Made by a program: the position numbers and the translations under genes
DNA from: Candidatus Binatia bacterium
GTDB lineage: Bacteria > Desulfobacterota > Binatia > HRBIN30
Assembly: GCA_038245295.1 (NCBI GenBank)
Contig: JBBRSP010000003.1
Location: 1-64,000, forward strand
Direction of reading: 5' to 3'
Length of the DNA: 64,000 nt
In this document: piece by piece, positions 1 to 7,292 of the stretch
Numbering within the stretch: the stretch's first letter is position 1
Layout: every line of letters starts with the position of its first letter
The notes under the pieces: generated by a model
Database searches by the model: none
What the model was told of the DNA's origin: nothing
Seen by the model: the letters and a program-made list of their open reading frames with translations, nothing else

Positions 1-202
1 CGACGCTGGATGCTCGAGCCGAGTGTAGAGGCCGCCCCGCGACGGATGGAGGACAGGTGGTAACCAACCCACGGATATCAGCAGAACAACCGCCGCTACG
101 AGACGCGACCGCCGCTCCGGCCGCATCGATCTCCATCGCTCCAACCACACTCCACACCGCCGGAGGCGGGAGACCTTCGTCCCCCATTGCAAACGTCAGC
201 CA

Positions 203-266
203 TATCAACGCTCGCGCTCAGCCGCACGGCGCCTTGGCCGCGTCGGCTGCAACGCTCTTGTTCGGC
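203..266 (-). mobile_element. attC-like integron recombination site (solitary)
   Basis: Minus strand reads GCCGAAC-AAGA-GCGTT(G)CAGCCG(A)CGCGGC-CAAGGC-GCCGTGCGGCTGAGCGC-GAGC-GTTGATA: AAC/GTT outer boxes, a paired inner stem with two extrahelical bases, directly downstream of hicB. The R' box is imperfect. Confidence 0.65.
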
Positions 267-275
267 GTTGTACCA

Positions 276-492
276 TCATGCGTAGAGCAGGCGCCCTTTA
301 GGCTCCGGATCGCCCGCCCAGCTCCCGCGCGGTTTCAACCCATTCGCGGATGACGACCTCGGCGTTGGAGAGAGCCTGCTTGTACGTTGCGCCGTCGGCC
401 GCGCAGCCCGGTAGTTCCGGCACCTCCGCGATGTAGGCGCCGTCCTCCTTGCTCCAATAGATGATAAGTTCGTACTTCCACTTACCGGCCAT
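276..492 (-). pseudogene. hicB: HicB-family antitoxin, 3' end frameshifted
   Basis: MAGKWKYELIIYWSKEDGAYIAEVPELPGCAADGATYKQAL is a typical short HicB. The ORF stops at 298, while the usual tail PEPKGRLLYA* lies in another frame ending at 276. Confidence 0.8.
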
Positions 493-646
493 AGTCTTCT
501 CCCGCCAATCGATACGCCACGAGCACACCTCGTACCTGCTTGACTTGATATGCCTTCGCGGTCCGACCTTTTGGTTGCAGGTTGAGAATCTCCTGGACCC
601 CGTTCTTCGTAAAGATATGGTGGCTGCCGCGAATCCGTTCGTCAAA
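482..646 (-). pseudogene. hicA: HicA-family toxin remnant (5' truncated)
   Basis: Manual translation gives FDERIRGSHHIFTKNGVQEILNLQPKGRTAKAYQVKQVRGVLVAYRLAGEDYGR* (GSH motif), overlapping the hicB start. There is an in-frame TGA five codons upstream and no start codon. Not in the ORF track. Confidence 0.8.
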
Positions 647-649
647 CCG

Positions 650-963
650 GCTTCGACAAGCTCATGGTTCGACGAGCTCACCATGAGCGGGGGCTTGGTT
701 GATTTCCAAAGACATGTTTCCGCTCACCCTGAGCTACTATCGCCGAAAGTCTTTGCGGTGCGCAAAGATTCCCGACTTGAGCAATTTGACAGGATGGACA
801 GGATGCACAGGATGGAGGGGTTGATCGCTTTGAAGAATGGTAGCTCGGCCTGACGGATTGTGGCGTTCCATCCTGTCTACCCTGTCCATCCTGTTGAATT
901 CGTTCTGTGGGGCGCGGGGTTGGGTTGCGGGCGAAGCCCGCGCTATGCCCGTCGAAGGGTGAG
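650..963. repeat. REP-like palindrome cluster (TTCGACAAGCTCA / CGCTCACCCTGAGC..GTCGAAGGGTGAG family) with an internal inverted repeat
   Basis: CTTCGACAAGCTCA at 651; GTTCGACGAGCTCACCATGAGCGG at about 667-690; CCGCTCACCCTGAGCT at 720; GTCGAAGGGTGAG at 951; (GACAGGATG)x3 at 788-815 inverted against 868-895. Confidence 0.65.
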
Positions 964-1035
964 TCCAAGTTTCGAGGAAGTTTCTTCAGCCTGCGGTAAC
1001 CTGGCATCAACGCATCAAAACTGACGAGGACACAC

Positions 1036-1992
1036 ATGAAAGCGATCCGTCTGCACGAACATTCCGGTCCCGCCGGCTTTGTCTACGAGGAGGCGGAGCA
1101 ACCACAGCCTGGCGAGGGTGAAATCGTGGTTCGTGTGCACGCCGTGGCGGTCACGCCAACCGAACTCAACTGGGTGCCGACATTGACGGCGCGCAGCGGC
1201 GAGCCGCGCCCGCTGCCGATTATTCCGGGGCATGAGTTTTCCGGCGTCGTCAGCGCGGTTGGTCCCAAGGTTGTTGATCTCACCACCGGCGACGCCGTCT
1301 TCGGCATGAACGACTGGTGCCGCGACGGCGCCCAGGCGGAATACTGTGTGGCGCGCGTCGACGAGGTTGCACGCAAGCCGCTCTCTGTGGATCACCTGCA
1401 TGCGGCGGTGACGCCAATCTCTGCCTTGACGGCCTGGCAAGGGCTGATCGGGCGCGCCAAGCTTGCGGCCGGGCAGCGGGTACTCGTTCACGGCGCATCC
1501 GGTGCTGTTGGCGTTTTCGCCGTGCAACTGGCCCATTGGCGCAGTGCGCATGTCATCGGCACAGCTTCAGCGAAGAATCTGGAATTCGTGCGTGGTCTCG
1601 GAGCCGATGAGACGGTCGACTACCGAGCGCAAGGATTTGAGGACGTCGTGGGGAAGGTGGACGTTGTCTTCGACACGGTTGGTGGCGACACGCTGGCGCG
1701 CTCGTGGGATGTGCTGAAGCCGGGCGGCACGGCGATCACGATTGTGTCGCCGCAAACCCGTGAGCAGCGCGTTCGAAATGCCTTCTTTATCGTTGAGCCA
1801 AGAGGCAGCGAGCTTGCGGAGATCGCTCGGTTGATCGATGCCGGTGCGATCCGTCCGGTTGTCGGCGCGGTGTTCCCTTTGGCGCAGGCGCGCCAGGCAT
1901 ACGAGCACAAGGCACTGCGGGGTAAAGTCGTCCTGCGCGTTATTGACGAGGCGGCGGCAGACGCGCCCTCCCAAGCCGAAGACGGACGCTGA
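1036..1992 (+). CDS. NADP-dependent oxidoreductase, MDR / quinone oxidoreductase-like family
   Basis: MKAIRLHE start, PGHEFSG, VLVHGASGAVG nucleotide-binding motif, GKVVL C-terminus; RBS GAGGA. Confidence 0.9.
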   Translation: MKAIRLHEHSGPAGFVYEEAEQPQPGEGEIVVRVHAVAVTPTELNWVPTLTARSGEPRPLPIIPGHEFSGVVSAVGPKVVDLTTGDAVFGMNDWCRDGAQAEYCVARVDEVARKPLSVDHLHAAVTPISALTAWQGLIGRAKLAAGQRVLVHGASGAVGVFAVQLAHWRSAHVIGTASAKNLEFVRGLGADETVDYRAQGFEDVVGKVDVVFDTVGGDTLARSWDVLKPGGTAITIVSPQTREQRVRNAFFIVEPRGSELAEIARLIDAGAIRPVVGAVFPLAQARQAYEHKALRGKVVLRVIDEAAADAPSQAEDGR

Positions 1993-2030
1993 CGGGTCTG
2001 TTGGAGGGGCTTTCACGGGAATTCGAGATT

Positions 2031-2614
2031 GCCCTTCGAGACGGGCGCCGGAAAGATGCGGGTCTCCTGCCCATGAACCCTGGTTAGTCGGTTCTCGTTC
2101 TGGATTCCGGGTTCTTGGTGCTCCATGCGTTCCGACTGCTCGCACGACTCACCGGCCCAACGCATCGAGAATGGAAAATCGAGAACCCAGAACGAGAACC
2201 GGCCATCCAAACTCGATGAGCATCCGTTCATGGACTCCCCAAGCCGGCGTTATCGTCGGTCGGGCTCTCAGGCCCAACGGCGTGAGTGTTGATATACAAA
2301 GCCCGGCCGCTGGCCGGAACCAACTCAGGCCAACCAGCCCTACCTCCGTCATTCCGGCGATGGAGACTGTCGATAAGCTGAAATGAAGCAACGTCATCCC
2401 GGCGAAAGCCGGGATCTCCTCGAGTGGAAGGCCACAAATGCTGGGGAGATACCGGCTTTCGCCGGTATGACGGGTGTTCGCGCTGCTTCAAACGATGAAT
2501 CAGGGAAAATCGACAGTCTCGAAAGCCGCGATGACAGGTGAGGGTGAGAAAATGCGGCACCGATTTCCCCGTTTGCCCTGAGGATGCCCTTCCTTGGGGG
2601 CCGTCTCGAAGGGC
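2031..2614. repeat. Mosaic intergenic repeat region between convergent genes
   Basis: GCCCTTCGAGACGG (2031) is inverted against CCGTCTCGAAGGGC (about 2601-2614); imperfect IR 2089-2123 / 2167-2201; 2301-2358 is nearly identical to 58168-58227. Confidence 0.7.
2363..2520. mobile_element. 158-bp MITE-like element carrying a REP doublet
   Basis: Terminal inverted repeats GAGACTGTCGAT / ATCGACAGTCTC; internal GTCATCCCGGCGAAAGCCGGGATC...GATACCGGCTTTCGCCGGTATGAC; colinear copy at 58285-58444. Confidence 0.7.
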
Positions 2615-2663
2615 ATTCCCAATGGATTCCGCGAACCTCCTCTAGGCGTTCTGCGTCGCGGCG

Positions 2664-5600
2664 TCAGGGCAGACAGACGAGATCGAGGATGTCACCATCC
2701 TTGCGCGCCTTCACGCCACCGGTCTTCGGTGGCATCGCATTCATGTGGATCGACTTCTTGTTGAAGCGCACGCCCGTGGTGCTCTGAAGCAGGGGTACCT
2801 TCATGATGAATGGTTGCGTGCACGTGTTGGCGCCACTCAGCGGCGGATCGAAGACGACGCGTCTTACTTTGCACAGGCCGTCGTTGCTTCCCGGCAGCGT
2901 GTTGCAGTCGGCGGAGACACCACAGGTCAGGCCATGGGTGAGGCCCGGGTTCTTGCACTTGCCGTCGGCGACACCGCCCATGGCGAGGAGAGCCGTGAAG
3001 ATGGCGTCGCGATTATCGCGATCGACCAGATTGTTGACCGACGCTGGTGCCGGCCGGCGCACCTTGATCTCGGCGACCTGCCCCGGCGAGACGCAAGCGA
3101 TGCGGGTTTCGGGAACATCGAAGCAGACCGAAACCTGGATCGAGCATGTCGTGTCACCCAGACTCCTGTCACACGTGGGATCATCGTTCTTGCACTCGAG
3201 CTGCTGGCCCGGCAGACCGATCGCGTTGAGAGGCGGCGGCGGGTTGACGCAGAACTCCTGCAAACAATCGTTGTCGAGCGAGCCGCAGTATCCCGGCACC
3301 AGGCTGTCCTGACGCAGACCGCAGCCGGCCAAGGCCGTCGGCAGGGTCGTTGGCGATGCGGTCGGGGTGAAGGTAGGCGTGTCTTGCGGCGTAGCGGTTG
3401 GGGTAACCGTGGGCGTCCGCGTCGACGTCGGTGTTGTCGTCATGGTTGCCGTGGGCGGCAGGGCCACATGCAGGCCGGCGTCGATGGTGTTGTTGACCTG
3501 TCCGGGGCCGAGGGCGACGACCGCGGTGCGCAACGACGTCGGGTTCACGTCACTATCGACGGCCCCATCGTCGCCATGATTCGGAACCGTGACGACCCAT
3601 CCGGCGGGCACGGCGAACTCGACGGCGTAGTTGCCGGCTGCCAACCCGGTAAACTGGTAGACACCGCCAACCGTCGTGGTGGTCGCCACCCGCTGGTTGT
3701 TGGAATTGTATAGATTGACGACCACGCCATCGACACCCGTCTCACCAACGCTCTGGAGGCCGTCGGCGTCCTGATCCAACCACACCCGATCGCCGATCGA
3801 ACCGAGGGCGGGGGTGCGCGTCGAGGTGCGCGTGCGCGTCGGAGTGCTCGTTTGGATGGGCGTTTGTGTGAATGATGGCGTCGTCGTCATGGTTGGGGTC
3901 GGGGCCAGTCTCACACCGGCGTCCCAGCTGAGATCGTTCTCACCAGATGTCAGGATGGTTGCGACCGTGCGGCCGCTCGCCCTGTCCGCGTCCGAGTCGA
4001 GGTCGTCGTTCCCGCCCTCGCTGGCGTCACTGAAGAGGTAGCCGCTCGGAAGAACGAACTCGACCGAATAGACACCTGGGACAAGATTGCTGAAGCTGTA
4101 GCGGCCGTTGCTGTTGGTCGTGGTTGTCGCGGTGCGCTGACCTTGGCCATCGTAGAGGTTCACGCCGACTGCCCCGAGCCCCGCTTCACCGTCATCCTGT
4201 AGGCCGTTGCCATTGGCGTCGACCCAGACGCGATCGCCGAGGCTGGCTGGCTGATAGATCCCCGCGTCCCAGGAAAGGTCGGTCTCACCGGAGATCAGCG
4301 TCGTCGTCACCGTGCGGTGCGTGATGCTGTTGGCGTCGCTGTCCTTGTTGTCGTTGCCGCCCCGATCGGACGGGCTGAGCGCGTACCCGGTGAGAGGGAC
4401 GAACTCCACCGAGTAGAGGCCCGGGGTGAGATTCGGGAAGAGATAGAAGCCCGATGTTGAGGTCGTCGTCGACGCGACGACGGCGTTGCTGCTGTTGTAG
4501 AGATTAACCTGTACGCCGCTGGCTCCCTGCTCACCCGCATCCTGTGTGCCGTTGGCATCGAGATCGAGCCACACCAGATCGCCGAGCGCGGCCAGTTGAT
4601 AGACGCCGAGGTCGACGGTGAGATTCGCTTGACCAGTGGCGACCGTGACCAATCCGCTGCGGCCGGTGATTGGATCGGCATCGCTATCTTTGCCGTTATC
4701 ATCGCCCCGCTTCGGTTCGCTTACCATGTATCCGCCGGGGAGCACGAAACCAACGACGTACTGGCCCGGCAGCAGGTTTGCAAAACGGTAGAGACCCGAG
4801 TCGTCCGTGGTCGTCGCGCGCAGGAATCGATTGCTGCCGTCGTAGAGGTTCACGGTAACGGCGCGAATGCCGGGTTCGCCGGCATCCTGAATGCCGTTGG
4901 CGTTGAGGTCATGCCACACGAGATCACCGAGGCTCCCGGGTGCCGGCGTCAGCGTTGCCGTCGGTGAGATCGTCCGCGTCGGCGTACTGGTGCTTACGAC
5001 GATCGGAGACGGCGTGCGGGTTGCCGTTGGTCTCGGCGTCCACGTCGAGGTGCGCGTCGGGGTCGCTGTCGGCAGCGCGTAGAAGTAGCTGACACAGATG
5101 CTCGCGGCCGCCTGGGTGTTGGCCTGGGTAATGACGTTGCCGGAGCCCGAAGCGTTGAAGCTGGCGGTGGCTGTGACCGGCAACGTGATGTTTCCCGGAC
5201 CCATGAAGTCGGCGAGCGGCAGATAGGGGTTCCGTTCGGCGTGATTGGTGGCGCCAAGGCCGACGTAACTGGCGCCCGATGTGCCGGCGAAATCGATGCT
5301 GCCATCGAAGCCGGTCAACGCGGCGGTGAGGGTGTTCTGCGGCAAGGAGGTCACCACCGGCAACGTAGGCGGCGACAAGGTGATCGTCCCGGTACCAACG
5401 CCGGTTACGGTCGACGACGCCGGATCGAGGCTCTCCAAGCGCAGGTCCTGCGTGATGGCGGCATCGACGCTGAGGCTGACTCTGACGAGCGCACCGTTGG
5501 CGGAGTCGTAGAGCGGCAGTGTCACGGTGGTGCTCCAATTGGTGGCTTGCATCGATACCGGCCGGCAGAAGCTAATCGACAGAGGCGGTGTCTGGGTTGG

Positions 5601-6956
5601 TGTCTGCGTGAAACTGGCTGTTGCGGTGCGTGTCGCACTCGGCGTGTTGGTGCGGCTTGCGGTGCTGGTGCTGGTTGCCGTGTTGGCCGGTGTGTTGGTC
5701 ATGCTGCTGGTAACGGTTGGTGTTGGTGTGATGGGTGTGCGGGTCTGCGTTGGTGTCAGCAACGGCGCCGGCGTATTCGTCCGCGCCGGCGAGACACTCG
5801 ACGTTGGGGTGTTGGTCGCCATGGTCGTTGCTGTGCGTGTGCTGGTTGGGGTGCGTGTCGACGTGGCGGTGGCTGTCGGTTGAGTACTTGTCGATGTCGA
5901 GCTCGCTGTGCTCGTCGCCGAGCTGGTGGGGCTCCGCGTATTGGTTGGGGCCGGGGTCGCCGTGCGCGTGTTGGATGGTGTGCGGGTGGATGTCACAGTC
6001 GGCGTCAGGGTTGGTGTGCTGGTGATACTGGCGGTCGCGGTGATCGTTGGTGTTGTTGTTGGTTGCGTGTTGGTGCGTGTCGGCGTTGTGGTCGGCGTTG
6101 GAGTAACCGTGGGCGTCAACGTCGGCGTCGAGGTGGGGCGTGTGTTGGTTACCGTCGCCGTCGAGGTTTGAGTGGCGGAGCTGGTCTGGGTCGCCCTCAT
6201 GGTAGCAGTCCCGGTCTGGCTCGGCGTTCGAGTCAGCGACGGCGTTGCGCTGGCGGTGTGTGTCGATGTTTGGGTGATTGTCGGCGTCGGAGTCGGCAAC
6301 GAATAGGTGTACGTGACGCACAGCTGTGTCGACAGCTGTGTTGCCACCTGACTAAGAACGTTCCCGGCCCCGGAGGTGTCGAAGGTCGCGACGGCGCCAA
6401 CCGGTAGGTTCACCGAGCCGCTGCCAAGAAAGTCGCTGATCGGCAGATACGGGTTGCGCGTCGAGGAGCTCGTATTGTTGAGGCCCAGATGCGTGGCGCC
6501 GGAATTGCCGGCGAAGTCCATGGCGCCGTCGAATGCTGTAAAGTTGTCGACAACAATGTTGACGCATTGGGCGACGACAGAAGGCGCCGTGGGTGTGGTG
6601 ACGGTGATGATGCCACGGCCGGTGCCGGTGACGGTCGCGGCATCGGCGTCGAGGCTCTCGAGCTTGATGTCCTGAATCATCGTCGCCGAGACACTCAGGC
6701 TGACGTCGGTGAGCAGCCCGAGACTCGAATCAAATTTGGCCAGGCTGATGCTGCCGGTCCAATCGGTAGTCGCCAAGGCGATGTTGCCGCAAACGGTCTG
6801 TGTCGCCGCGAGAGCAGGTGATCCCGAGAGGACAAAAGCGACTAGGATGGCGGCGATCGATAGCGGGTGGGGCGAAATGACGGGCAGAAGGGGAGTGCTC
6901 CCCCGGTCGTCGCCCATGAGGCGCCCGAACAAGCCTTCGAGGGCTCGTGTCCTCAT
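2664..6956 (-). CDS. Large secreted/surface protein: two choice-of-anchor-E-like domains, Thr/Pro-rich linkers, four SdrD-B/CnaB-like repeats, Cys-rich C-terminal domain
   Basis: Hydrophobic signal-like segment ending ALAA; two homologous TDW/TNW..FD..LG.L..VSLS domains; four G(D)xVWxDxxxxG repeats with DSDA/DSDV motifs. Start taken at ATG 6956 (GGAG RBS and a sigma54-like promoter upstream). Confidence 0.85.
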   Translation of the reverse strand: MRTRALEGLFGRLMGDDRGSTPLLPVISPHPLSIAAILVAFVLSGSPALAATQTVCGNIALATTDWTGSISLAKFDSSLGLLTDVSLSVSATMIQDIKLESLDADAATVTGTGRGIITVTTPTAPSVVAQCVNIVVDNFTAFDGAMDFAGNSGATHLGLNNTSSSTRNPYLPISDFLGSGSVNLPVGAVATFDTSGAGNVLSQVATQLSTQLCVTYTYSLPTPTPTITQTSTHTASATPSLTRTPSQTGTATMRATQTSSATQTSTATVTNTRPTSTPTLTPTVTPTPTTTPTRTNTQPTTTPTITATASITSTPTLTPTVTSTRTPSNTRTATPAPTNTRSPTSSATSTASSTSTSTQPTATATSTRTPTSTRTATTMATNTPTSSVSPARTNTPAPLLTPTQTRTPITPTPTVTSSMTNTPANTATSTSTASRTNTPSATRTATASFTQTPTQTPPLSISFCRPVSMQATNWSTTVTLPLYDSANGALVRVSLSVDAAITQDLRLESLDPASSTVTGVGTGTITLSPPTLPVVTSLPQNTLTAALTGFDGSIDFAGTSGASYVGLGATNHAERNPYLPLADFMGPGNITLPVTATASFNASGSGNVITQANTQAAASICVSYFYALPTATPTRTSTWTPRPTATRTPSPIVVSTSTPTRTISPTATLTPAPGSLGDLVWHDLNANGIQDAGEPGIRAVTVNLYDGSNRFLRATTTDDSGLYRFANLLPGQYVVGFVLPGGYMVSEPKRGDDNGKDSDADPITGRSGLVTVATGQANLTVDLGVYQLAALGDLVWLDLDANGTQDAGEQGASGVQVNLYNSSNAVVASTTTSTSGFYLFPNLTPGLYSVEFVPLTGYALSPSDRGGNDNKDSDANSITHRTVTTTLISGETDLSWDAGIYQPASLGDRVWVDANGNGLQDDGEAGLGAVGVNLYDGQGQRTATTTTNSNGRYSFSNLVPGVYSVEFVLPSGYLFSDASEGGNDDLDSDADRASGRTVATILTSGENDLSWDAGVRLAPTPTMTTTPSFTQTPIQTSTPTRTRTSTRTPALGSIGDRVWLDQDADGLQSVGETGVDGVVVNLYNSNNQRVATTTTVGGVYQFTGLAAGNYAVEFAVPAGWVVTVPNHGDDGAVDSDVNPTSLRTAVVALGPGQVNNTIDAGLHVALPPTATMTTTPTSTRTPTVTPTATPQDTPTFTPTASPTTLPTALAGCGLRQDSLVPGYCGSLDNDCLQEFCVNPPPPLNAIGLPGQQLECKNDDPTCDRSLGDTTCSIQVSVCFDVPETRIACVSPGQVAEIKVRRPAPASVNNLVDRDNRDAIFTALLAMGGVADGKCKNPGLTHGLTCGVSADCNTLPGSNDGLCKVRRVVFDPPLSGANTCTQPFIMKVPLLQSTTGVRFNKKSIHMNAMPPKTGGVKARKDGDILDLVCLP

Positions 6957-6983
6957 CGTGTTCTCCGCATCCCGGTCACGCAA

Positions 6984-7000
6984 AGCAAGGCCCGTGCCGT
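6984..7000 (-). promoter_or_regulatory. Sigma-54 (-24/-12) promoter candidate
   Basis: Minus strand ACGGCACGGGCCTTGCT matches GGCAC-N5-TTGC with GG-N10-GC spacing, about 30 nt upstream of the ATG at 6956. Confidence 0.65.
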
Positions 7001-7292
7001 GGCTCGCTAACTGACCGAGAGGGGGAACTAACCCATTCCGGTGGGCTGGGATGGGCTTCGACTGGCCGATATCAACCAATAGAGCCAGGTCGGCTTGAAA
7101 TGAACCGCCCCGAGAGGTGGGAACTCAGGCCCTGCATCTGCACCACCGCAACGAATCGAGTAACGCCGCACTCAATTGCGACCTTCGCGTTTGACGGCCG
7201 CGCCGGTTCGCCGGGCGGCTCCCGAACCGCCCTACCGCCATCGCCGCTTCTGGTTTGGAAGGCAGGCGATGGCGGCGGCGGGGGCGGAGGGG

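Noticed and set aside
1..126. Possible gene start running off the left edge on the minus strand (MRPERRSRLVAAVVLLISVGW...)
   Set aside because: Signal-peptide-like, but only 42 codons are visible and the RBS spacing is short; it cannot be supported without the adjacent window.
5580..6300. Highly repetitive GT-rich tract that could be mistaken for a repeat array or CRISPR
   Set aside because: It encodes the Thr/Pro-rich linker of the surface protein; there are no constant repeats with unique spacers.
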